DNA of 63,614 nucleotides, counting the filler, from Choristocarpus tenellus KU-1152 (Eukaryota > Protista > Phaeophyceae), in assembly GCA_964200185.2 (NCBI GenBank). It is 11 parts of 11 records of this genome, joined end to end, with 100 filler letters (N's around TTAATTAATTAA, not from the genome) between each part and the next. Parts side by side here need not be neighbours in the genome. Positions count along the whole stretch, not along the records: positions 47,152 to 58,222 come from CAXNAD020002522.1; positions 58,323 to 63,614 come from CAXNAD020011250.1; 9 more parts are not named here. One strand, written 5' to 3'. Every line of letters begins with the position of its first letter. Positions within the stretch are counted from its first letter, which is position 1. The notes under the pieces were generated by a model. It was not told where the DNA came from. It did not search any database and was given only the letters and a program-made list of their open reading frames with translations. Both the position numbers and the translations under genes were made by a program. Shown here piece after piece: positions 52,821 to 63,614 of the stretch.

Positions 52821-54059
52821 CGGCCTCCACCATGATTGGTTGCGACTATTCAGACCAGAAAACACAAGATTGGGCTTTTGCTGGTTTGAATCCACCGTTG
52901 ATATGAGGGTTACCCCTACCCGGTCACTCATCTGACCCACATCACGTCAGCTGCACTGGACTCAGTGGCAAAACGTGGCACCCAAATGCATATGACTGCG
53001 CCCTCTAGTCCAAGGTAGGTTAAATCTGTGTTAACGGTTAGAAAATGTAGTGAGAAAATGGCATGGACCATCGTGTCTCCAAAGTGTCCCCAGGGATCTG
53101 GACGGATGAAGTTCAGTATCATCACCATTTTGGTATCATCAAAATATCCATTAGGGGAGTATTGCAGAGAGGTAGTGTCAAGGGTGATTGGAAAACTCAC
53201 CACCCCTTACTTTCAGTTGGTACAACAACTGCCGACCAAGGTGCCTGGTAAACATGATAAAAATCGACTCAAATATATTTTCTGTATGCTCGTTTGTAAA
53301 TATCTTTAAAATATTCTGAATAATATGTATGCTTCTCACAGATAGGACCATACCCTGTGTTTATTTTCTGGATAAGAGGTATATTTCGACCCCATGAGCC
53401 TGAGTCATCTGATAAGTTAGCTTGAAATACCTCCCGAACTGTATCATGGTATGACCTCTTACGGCAACAACAACCCACTACTATGCCGAGATACATCGCC
53501 CTTTCCAGTCCACAAGGAGGGTACCACAATCCCTAGAAGAGACAAGGTTGCGTTTAGGTGGACGTTCGATTGACGGTAATTCAAGGTCATTGGTGGTAAT
53601 AGGGGCAGGAACCTTTCTTTTATGGCTAGTAGCTCAGTCAATGGCTCTTACATTCGGGAGGTCCAACTTGTTCTCTTCCCTACAGACTGCGATTAATTCT
53701 TACATTTTGATGTTTCACCTGGTTTGCACCACACATCACTTCTCAGTAAATATCCTTGAAAATGAAGCCAATACAGCGAGCAGTCTTTCTTCCACCACCT
53801 CGCTTTTGGTCAGCAATGTCCTCTACAGTGTGTGACCAATAATTGTCTGTGTCTTTGACTCCTGATCAAGATCTAGTTCAAGTAGTACCCATCCTAAGGA
53901 AAGTAAATTAAGGACGCCCATGTCAGGTTCAGCGGCTCTACCGCCTTTATGGGGTTTGGGTTGGACCACATGAATTGGCCCTTCATGTCGGTCTTCCAAG
54001 CGTTTTACGCAATATATAGCAGGTGTGGTATGTGCCTTCACTTTACAAGGTCCTCTCCA

Positions 54060-57000
54060 TGTGGCTGATAACTTGGTGTTTAATGCATCAGCTGAAGTAT
54101 GTGGTTTGTGAAGTCATACTCTGGCCCCTGGCTTATAGTTGAACCCTTGTCTTATAAATTTGGAGGCTATTTCTTACTTTGTTAGATTCATCCCTCAGTG
54201 CCTTCTCATCGATATTTTGTTTGGCAAGTTCGTACGCTAGCTGTAAATTTTCCACTGCCTCATACTGTATTCTTGTAAGGTTATGGAGTGGTCTCAGAAC
54301 CCCCCAAATAGGATGAATTGGTAAAATTGGGCGTCTTCCAAACACGAAAAAAAGTACAGTTTTCCCAGCAGTGTCATTATAGGCTGTGTTATGTGCTAGC
54401 TTTACAAAGCGTGACAAAGATGCCCAGTCGGATTGGTCTAGTTTCGAATACATGACTAGCATACCATGCATCGTGAAATTAATTCTTTCACACAAGGTAT
54501 TGACTTGCATTTGATATGCAATAGTCTTAGTTTTGTGATAACCATACGCTTGCCGCAACTCTTTCAGGAACCCTAACCCTAACTCTTTACTTTGGCCGTA
54601 GTGCAATGTTTCAGGGGGGGCAAAAATGGAAAAGGGTCGATCGACAAGAGCTTCAGTCACAGTTTTTCTTATTCGTTTGCAATACGAACCAACTTGTAGG
54701 ATAATCTACGGAAGGTGACACATATTTTCCACTATCTCACGTGGTCTTATATTTAACTTGGTGAACAGAAAGCCATTGAAACGGACGTGCAACAGGCGTA
54801 TGTCTTGTTGGTGGAGGAGTAGGAGTATGGAAGGTCTTTCGTCTCTGACAGGACAGGCAAGTCTTACGCCAATTCCTAACTTCTGGCTCAAGTATCTGGG
54901 GAGGGTGGTGGCTGTCCATTTGGGGTCAATTTTTTCATGTTACGATTTTTGGGTGATTTGGTTGCATACACCAGATGAATAAAATAAATACACTTTTCCT
55001 GATTTTGTCCCAAATGAACAACCTGGTGTCGACCCCCAACCCCACACACCCNNNNNNNNNNGATACAACAATTGAAAAAAAAAAAATCCTCTTTCCTTTT
55101 TTTTTCCCAAAGGAACACCCCGGGGTGGCCCCCCCCCCCCCCCCCCCAGATACTCTTGGTCTCTACATGTATGAGGTATCTTACCTGTCAAACATGTGCT
55201 TGAAAGGAAGATGGCCTGCAACTTTATGGCCATGTAGGGCAAGTATTGCGGATATGACCGATAGATAAGATTGGTATATAAGATTTCACCTTTTGTCTCT
55301 TGCTTTAAAAATATGACATGGTATAGGCCGTTTCATTATTGGGTAGAGCCGAATTCTCAGATACCGACAAATATTTGAAATATGCTTCAAACTGGTCATG
55401 TTGAGTTTTGGCTAGAACGTTTGCCTTCACTATCAGAAAACGTCGATGGAGCTAAACAAGAACTCAGAGTCATTTCCCACCCTAGTGATTTCACCTATTC
55501 AATCTACCGACATTTCATAGGCAAGATACACCGTACTTGCTTGAGAAGTCACAGTTGCGGTTTCTGCTCCCACATATCGACATATACGGGTTAGAGGTGC
55601 CGGTTCAGATTCATATTGACAGAAATCTTCCTGTTGAGGACTTGACAGCATATCAGGGATTTAGTGTAAGCTACCGGGTTTATGTGCAGGACTGTAAAAT
55701 CAAACGTTTGCAGATCTAGAGCCCATCTAGTTAAAAGATCTGTAGGCCTTGCATAGTACGCAGCCACCGTAAGGTTGAATGGTCACTAAGAACTGTGAAA
55801 GGTTTACCCCATACATGTGGTCTATGATGTTGAATTGCCAAATAGCTGGAAGGCACTATTTTTCAGTGGAAGAACATTTTCTCTGGGGGGGGGGGAGTAG
55901 AACACTATGATACGCAATTATAGAAAAATATATCTTTATTTTGTAGGCCAAGAACTCCACTGTCTCAATATTACTGGCATCTACATACAGTAAAATTATT
56001 TGAAAAATCGGGAAAGTGAACCTCTTGAATCATTGCTAAAAGTCGTTTGCAACTGTCAAAAGCAAACTGCTGTAGTCGATTCCATTTAAACGTAACAACA
56101 CGTTCACCATTTTTTTTTTTTTGGGGGTGGTATGATCTATTTCGGTACTTTCCTTTCGCGTATGGCGAATCAATTCCGGTCATGGTTCTGTAGCAGTTCC
56201 TTGGTGTGGAATGTGTTTTCTGACAAAATTGATGGGACCTAAGCATGAATGTAAACTTTTCATCGTTTGAGGGAGATCAATTTCTAAAATAGAATACGGC
56301 CTTGTGATGTACCTATTCCTCCTGGGCTAACATCATGTCCCAGATAGTGGAATTGCTTTGAGCCTAATTTAACCTTTTTGTATGGCTTTAAAGTAACCCC
56401 CACAGTTTGTAAAGTAAATAGTGCCGTAGTAATGTTTTATCGGTGGCGTGCCCAAGTTGGAGAGGCCAGAGCAAAATCGTTCAAATATACCAATAACCCA
56501 GAGCTAGGACTGACTGTTGAAAATGTTTTCGGGTATCAAGCGTTGGAAGATCCATAGTACATTTTGTACAGTTCACCTCTGAACTCATATTTCCCATTTG
56601 GCGTGAGGACAACATTTTTTGAATTCTGCATTTCCTCAGATATCAGCAATTGTCAGTAGAGTGATTGGATCCTCAGAAAAAGGTGAGTATATCAAACCTC
56701 CCCAATGTAAGTAAACGCTCTTCATGGTCAAAAATACCGTGAAGTATGTACTGGAGTATTAAACTATCCATTCGTGGTTCCACTAAATCCGCACAAATCT
56801 GGGGAATCCGTTAGATTTTGCAACAATGATACAGGGGTTGCGCAAGGCTTACAGGGCTCTACATTACCCTGCTTTTCCATATCGTTTACTCATTGGCGGA
56901 TGGGGTTGCGTATTTTTGGTGACCGTGGGATACGGAGGTGGTCTCTAACCGATTTAGTACCTGGTTTTAGTGGGATTTTTGCCGAAGTTGTGGTACAACA

Positions 57001-57600
57001 GTCAAATTTATCTTCAGATAATGAAAAGACTGGTCTGAAGTTAGGCACAATATATTGCAATTCCTCTCGCTCAGTTGTGCGTTTGCAATTGCCTTCTTTG
57101 AAAGCACCTCCTTCAAGTGATCTTTTTTTTTTTCAAGGTCTTCGGGGATAGAGGGGGCGGCTGCAGCTGCCCTTGTTGTGTATTCCACAAGGTATGAAAT
57201 ATTAATTTAGTAATGAAAGAAGGTCCAATCCCCCATTCCATGCTAACTCCCTGTGTCCCCTTCGTCCTGTACCCTCCCTCCCCACTCTTTTCCGTCATAT
57301 TCTTTTCCTGTCAGAGCCGTTTCGATATGACCCAACTTCCTTCTCCTTCACTGGTCCGACTCCTTTCTTTCCCCTCGCCTTCTTCATTCACTGTGACCCA
57401 TTTGCTGATTCCCTTGGTCTGTCTTTATGTTTCTCCATGAGGACAATATCCCCTGTGCTTCTTGCCAAATTATAGCTATGACCTTATCCACGTTGTAACA
57501 CCTACTGCCCCAGTTACCTAGTGAATGCCAACTGTACGCAATCCTTCAATTCTCCCTTACTTTCATGGTGTCCTGCAGTACTGAATTACTGTGCATACTC
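54060..57600 (-). mobile_element. Degenerate Ty3/Gypsy retrotransposon (RT, RNase H, integrase; possible gag zinc-knuckle remnant)
   Basis: Fragmented motifs TPNGKYEF, LLVYLND, FHYLGHDVS (RT); FKWNRLQQFAF, HFPDFSNNFTV, RWALDLQ (RNase H); CLSCQRRK, CERINFTM, DWASL..FVKLAHNT, FGRRPILP (integrase); order RT-RH-INT. Confidence 0.88.
54885..55161. mobile_element. MITE-B inserted in the Gypsy integrase zinc-finger region (contains a 10-N gap)
   Basis: GGCTCAAGTATCTGGGG...CCAGATACTCTTGGTC; 3-bp TSD TCT. Confidence 0.82.
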
Positions 57601-58047
57601 CCACAAAACACAGAATATTCATTATTACGGACTCTGAAATTTTGCAGAATATGTGTCAGAGAGGGCAGGCAGGAAACATAGACCAAAACCATATTACAAT
57701 ATTTCTCTACGGATTCAGTGATAGATTCCTCCAGACGTCCACCTTCCGCAATCCTAATAATTTCAAGATAATCAGTAGTGGGAAAAATAAACTACCTGAT
57801 AGAGCTCATTTTCATAACATTTTTGAAGTTTATACAGTTAGTTGGGGTAGTCTACTAGAGCATACTCGTACCCAAACGAAAACACATCCCTTCATTAACC
57901 AACCGACAGGCCTTCTTGGTCAAACTTCATATTAAAAGGGCACTTACTTGTCGATATTTCAAACCTGACAAGTCTTAATGCGGATATTGTTCAAAGATGC
58001 CTGCAACTGCTCAAAATCAACCCATTATTATTTCAATGAAGTGTGGT

Positions 58048-58222
58048 GGCTCAAAGTATCTGGTGGGGGGGCGGCGGCTGTCCATTCGGGGCCCATTTTT
58101 CCATGTCGCGATGTTTGGGTTGATTTGGTTGCATGCATCGGATAAATAATGTAAGTGCACTTCTCCTGGCGAAGGCCCGGATGGACACCCTGTTGTAGAC
58201 CCCCCTTTCCCCCCAGATACTT
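58048..58222. mobile_element. MITE-B, near full length, ending at the contig end
   Basis: GGCTCAAAGTATCTGGTGGGG...CCCCCAGATACTT. Confidence 0.88.
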
Positions 58223-58322
58223 NNNNNNNNNNNNNNNNNNNNNNNNNNNNNNNNNNNNNNNNNNNNTTAATTAATTAANNNNNNNNNNNNNNNNNNNNNN
58301 NNNNNNNNNNNNNNNNNNNNNN

Positions 58323-58395
58323 AAAAAACCGAGGGAAGCCAAGCCCCAAATGGACAAACAGGGCAAAACTCGTACCCTCCAAGATACTTTCACTC
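58323..58395. mobile_element. MITE-A right end at contig start
   Basis: ...CGTACCCTCCAAGATACTTTCACTC. Confidence 0.85.
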
Positions 58396-58988
58396 GTACC
58401 ACTACGCAATTCATTGCACATACATCTCTGTTCAGAGATCAATATTTTGAACCGTGCACCATATTGTGGGCAACATGGTGATTCTAACAAGATGCATCAC
58501 AAAAGTGTCATGTATCAGATGACTGTGCAAAACGACATGCATCTCATTTCTTGCCTCACAAGGGAAGTTCATCTGTGGTCCAGCATTTCTTCACGTATCA
58601 GTCCATGGCAGCATGCACTGCATCATGGCACATGACACTATCACACACTTTTGTAAGTGCAACGTCAACAAACATGTCAAAGGTTCCGTACTGTTACACA
58701 AAAGCGATTGGAGTTGGCATGACTTGGAACAAGTCTGGGAATAACACCATGACATGCCCATTAAAGTACCCTAACTTACGCCTAACATCTTTCACTTCGC
58801 ACAAAATGATAAATCGGTTGATCAATGTGCCCAAAAAACAGATGGGAAAATGGGGAATAGCTCGCGTAATAGGGGAGGAGGTTCCACCATCAGGGGTGAC
58901 TCCGACTTGGAGTGCCACAACAAAAGAAAACACTAGGATATGCGTCAGCCCAGGAGCTTCTGATATACCACTTAAAACGCCTGAGCAA

Positions 58989-59240
58989 GAGCAAAAAGTA
59001 TCTTAGAGGGTACAAGTTTTGCCCTGTTTGTTTGGGGCTTGACTTCCTAAGAGTTATTACATTTTCCTACTCCAAAATGTTTCGGAGTAGGTCAAATGTG
59101 TACATTTATGAAAAGGGGTGTCTGGAACAAGGATATTAACACTTCCCTAACAAACACCAGCCAAAATGACATCAAAATCGTAACATTGGATTTTTTGCCC
59201 TCAAACGGACGCGACTCTACCCTCCAAGATACTTCGACTC
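58989..59240. mobile_element. MITE-A
   Basis: TIRs; flanks CAA/CGA (3 bp, 1 mismatch). Confidence 0.88.
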
Positions 59241-61299
59241 CGAGTCAACTGCACCTTCTGTGCGTTACCCCACTGATGCTGCATCCTTGTTTGTTTTAGA
59301 TGTGTTGTATTCACAGAAATTTGGGGTCATATGGAGCAAATTGGGCTAAAAAGTAGGAAGTTGGCATATATCTGAGGGAACAACCCAAAAATCAGGTCAA
59401 TGGCAAAAAAGGAAGAGGAATAAAGTACACATAATTTGTATTTAGTGACTTGTGGTATCAAAACGCCTTGTTACAAACAATGGCACGCACAAAAAGCAAC
59501 TGAAAACATCTCCTCTTCTAGCCCGATGCATGAAGATGAAAGCATCTGTCTACTGTCCGCAAGTAGGATTGTTGCATTTACTCAAGGATACTGTTGGCCC
59601 AAGACGTTGTATGAGTTAATCCAGAACAAGAAGAGTAATACTGAGTCTACAGCATGACAGAGGATGAGACATACGGTCTGTTGTTATCTACAAAGGCTCC
59701 TTATCTTTACTTGTCAAGACGTAATCTGTGTATAGTGGTGTGTTTGTTCGGTCTAGACCATTAATAGGCCAATGATATAGAGCTGTGATGCAGTTATCTC
59801 TTTTTAGTTCATATCACCATTGGGATAAAATGTTAAATCTAAATATTGCTTGGAATAGAGGAGTGAAGCGATGACAATAAACACCCAAAGTTCAAGCCGA
59901 AAGAAGAAAAAGAAGATGACACTCTTCTGGTTGCTGCTACAGAAAATAAGTGCATGATGCCGTAGATTAATAGATAATATCTAACTGTATAATGTTTGTA
60001 CCCTGAAAAAACACAACCTAAGAAGTGTCTACCAGCAAATACCATGCCTAACCTGTCAGGATACTGCCACAAGAATTTGAACAAAAAAAGATTCCAGTCT
60101 GTAGAGTCATGCTATGTTATTGACTCAAAGAATACCCTTAACATAAGATATTCGGCAAAAACTCTCTTATCCATTATTCTGTCAGTTCTTGAGTTCGTGT
60201 CCTCCCCTCTAAGCACCATTTTACTCCAACACGTACTGTACAAAGTACAGCTATTTTTTCATCTCAGTTACTGAGAATTCCTTGGGACTGTGTAGTAGTT
60301 CCTCATATATTTTGTTCCTCTTTTCCACAAAAAACGGCCTAACGTGGGCCACCTTCTAAACATGCACCCTATCACATACTGCATTTATTACCTTTGAAGT
60401 ACAGTAGTAGCACAGCAGTACTCTCTTACTTCTGCATATGTAAGTTTTCCTATCCTTTCAGACGGGCTTGGTTAAAGTGGAAATGTAGACAATTACAGTC
60501 CTCTTTCCCCCTCCCCCTAACTACTGCTCTTCATGCTCAAAGCAGCAACCGTCTTCCATACCAGGGGCAGAATCCCCAGGCAGTGTGACCCCCCCAGGTT
60601 TTTTGCACTGCCCGTCTTGTTGTATCTCTTGCTGAAGCAGAAGTTGGGCGGAGAGGGAGCTTGTGTACATGCCCCCTGGGGTGAGTATCTGATGCCTTGA
60701 AACATTTCTCCTGAGTACGAGGCTGTGCGGACCTAGGCGTGGTTCGATTGGATGACTGTGTGTGATGAGGCTCTGTCGAGGTCCACCTCTCCTGCGACCG
60801 GAGCCACCCCAATCCAGATGGGATCTGAGCCGAGCCGTAGAGTGAGGAAACATGGGGTTTCACTCTTGGCCAAAATGCAGGTGCTTGTGGCATGCCCATA
60901 GAATGCCCAGCACCCAATCCATCTCTGATTTCCTGATTGTTAAAGCCACAAAAGACAGTACGGGAAGGAGAAGTGCTGGGTGAGTCTGGGTGGAGCCTAC
61001 TTGAAGGTGACCTTAGTTTGGTTCTGAGCTGAGAATATATCAGAGTCTTCTAAGATACTATGTAGAACATGTTTGGGGGGTGGGAGTGAATGTGTTGCCA
61101 TGTTCACCCAATTAACTGGAAGGGCAATTTGCACTTCAATATGGGAAAATTGAGTGAAACCTTCTAGAAGGGGGGTCGATTTTGGTTGTTTTTAGTTTTG
61201 AGACCTCTTTGAACCTCCTGCAATGTACCATGTGCCCTTGCCTGAAATGAATTTTTCCCCTCTTAGGATCTTAGGAGAGTATTGGGGTAAAAGAGAAGA

Positions 61300-61850
61300 C
61301 TAGGTGTGAACACATTGCTACCTGAAAATTCCCTCCACATTGCTTGGAACAAATTATATTCGAGGTGGCTGTAGGGACTCTTAACACTTGGCGACACCCC
61401 CTCTTAGAATGTATTACTGAACATTGAGGGATACATCTATGATGACTGCAGAGGTGTGTACAATGGAGATGGAGCAGGTGTTTGCCCATGGTGCTTTCAC
61501 CAAATGTAGAGATGATGAAATTCATTTTGGATAATTAACTTTTGGAAAAGTGAGGACTGAGCTTCTAGGGTAACAAGGACTTTGTTGGTGCAAGCAGAGT
61601 GACATAGGCCTTGAAATAGTTCGGTTTCATTTTTTTTCGTCACCTGGGGAAGTGGTATGCATTGCATCTGAACATCCTCAGTGCAGCAGACAGATCAAGG
61701 TAAATCTAGGAAGAGGAGGAGCCTGTGAGAAAATGAGGGTATTCTGGCTAACAAAAGTATTGACAAGATCAGTACGCAGTGATATCTAGGCTTTTGGAGC
61801 ATTGTTGCCTCTTTTGGTGTGGTGGGAATTTCAGGGAGCATTAGGAAAGT
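61300..61850 (-). pseudogene. Highly degenerate non-LTR (LINE) reverse transcriptase
   Basis: Ordered remnants LSILLLARI, GCSDA, FKAYVTL (compare D.xKAYDS) and KRGCRQ (compare G.RQGC), with frameshifts. Confidence 0.45.
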
Positions 61851-62931
61851 GGCAGGTTGTATTGCTTTGCTTTTCATTTCGACTCAATGCAGTTACAGTG
61901 TAAAAGCCAAAGGTTTATACCTCCTCTAAAAATGACAGACACACCAGAGGCTAGAGATCTGCCTGATCTTAGTATACCTGTCCCTTTTTCAAGCAGAGTA
62001 TGGACTCCTCATATTCCATTGGGATTGGTTCCGTGCCCACTTTTGAGAGATCGATGAAAGATAAAAGTACAACCTTGGGATTTACTTGCTCTCACAAACA
62101 TAATGCTCAACGCTAGTGTTAACCTAGAACGTCCAACCCTATTCTGCCAATAAAGTTCAGTAGAAAGTTGATGAATTTTGTTCGTTGTCCGTACATTGCC
62201 CTGAGTCCTGTTAAGCTGTCCTTGACGATCTGTTGTCCCACACAACTAGTTATATTATTGTTTATTAGCTTGTACCACAGTTGAGAAGAGAGTGAGATAC
62301 CTTCACTAGGTGGGGCTCACCAGTCCTTGCATTGAATGACTCAGAATACCAAATGACTCAACTTTTCTCTAGTACACGTCAGAAACACTCCGACTCTAAC
62401 CGTCCGCTGATTACTTCTGGTCAAATACCCCCGCCTAAACATCCCGAATGTCCCGTATTATGATCTGTGCGTACATAAAATAATACTTCAAATCATATTC
62501 TCACAAATGGTCAAGCATAATCTTGACAAGTCCTCTTGGTCTATTACTTGGGAGTATGTCCATTGTCTAGAACGAGGTTTTTGTATACATTGACTGTTGT
62601 CTAGAGCTACATGAGAGGCTGTTTGCTCAACTACCTTTCTGTTGAAGTGACCCTCTACATATTACTAGTACTTTTTTTTCACTCACTATTTTGATCTTTT
62701 GTAGATGAAGCACAAAATGGAAGAAATTTCTGCAGAAAAAACTTGTACTAATGCAAAAACGAATTGTGTATGTCTGTTGTACTTGGTCATAACATATGTT
62801 CCCCAGCAAATGCCATAGTCCATTGGTGTGTGAAGTGCATGGTTGGGAAGAATGCTGGAGACTATTTTCTGTGTACAGGCAGTGACCTTGTGACTCAGTA
62901 CTACTACTACTACTACTACTACTATACTGCT

Positions 62932-63186
62932 GAGTGAAAGTATCTTAGAGGGTACAAGTTTTGCCCTGTTTGTCCATTTAGGGCATGGCTGCCCACAGGT
63001 TTTTGATGACATTTTAACTTCTCTGAAATATTTCTGAGTAGGTAAAATGTATACGTTATGAAAAGGAGTGTCCGGAACAAGGATATTGACATCTCCTAAA
63101 AAAATGATAGTCAAAATTGCATCAAATCACAACGTTGGATTTTGGCCCCCAAATGGACGCGGCTCTACCCTAAGATACTTTGGCAC
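62932..63186. mobile_element. MITE-A inserted in a (CTA)n microsatellite
   Basis: TIRs; 3-bp TSD GCT; CTA repeats on both sides. Confidence 0.92.
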
Positions 63187-63434
63187 GCTACTACTGCTAC
63201 TACTACTAATAATAATACCACTACTACTACTACTACTAATACTACTACTAATACCAAAGCTTCATTATGTTCTCTGGAGTACAATGAAAGCTAAAACTTC
63301 AAGTTGTATTATGTGAGCGATTGATTTTCCAAGTTGTGTGCTCTCATTCATGTATATGTCAGAAAATGGGGTTTCACATTAGGGGTAATCCATAACAATT
63401 GCATCAACCTTGCAGGGAGATGGTGCAGCACTGT

Positions 63435-63573
63435 GACTCAAAGTATCTGGGGGGGGGTGGTGGCTGTCCATTTGGGGTCAATGTTCTCATATCGCGATTT
63501 TTGGGCGATTTGGTCGCATACATCGGATGGATAATGTAAATGCACTTTCCCGATTTTGGGCCAAATGAACACA
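63435..63573. mobile_element. MITE-B, right end missing
   Basis: GACTCAAAGTATCTGGGGGGGGTGGTGGCTGTCCATTTGGGGTC... Confidence 0.85.
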
Positions 63574-63614
63574 TCCAGAGTCCGTCGATGCATTACATCA
63601 AAGAAACACTTCGC

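Noticed and set aside
52371-52870. 3' LTR of the Gypsy relic starting TGTAA
   Set aside because: Similarity to the 45520-46460 copy extends well upstream of the TG, so it is not an LTR boundary; kept as dispersed repeat D

Overview
The window is eukaryotic nuclear DNA made of 11 unlinked contigs joined by artificial 100-bp N/TTAATTAATTAA/N linkers, so nothing should be read across a linker. The host is probably a brown alga or related photosynthetic stramenopile (inferred from a CSK gene, intron-rich genes, TTAGGG repeats and FNIP repeats). Supported genes are a multi-exon WD40 gene (WDR49/WDR64-like, minus strand, partial), a SulP/SLC26 anion transporter with a STAS domain, a 7-exon fragment of chloroplast sensor kinase (CSK/Hik2 orthologue, His retained) and a frameshifted intronless FNIP-repeat gene. 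The rest is repeat-rich: Copia, Gypsy and LINE relics, a solo LTR, minisatellites and interstitial telomeric repeats. The most striking signal is about 24 copies of three related short TIR elements (MITE-A, -B, -C). They share a G-N6-AGTATC terminal signature and show target-site duplications of either 3 or 4 bp. Some copies nest inside each other, and removing them restores interrupted reading frames. Also notable are hypervariable di-residues in the FNIP repeats and telomeric-repeat insertions found in only one of two paralogous copies.
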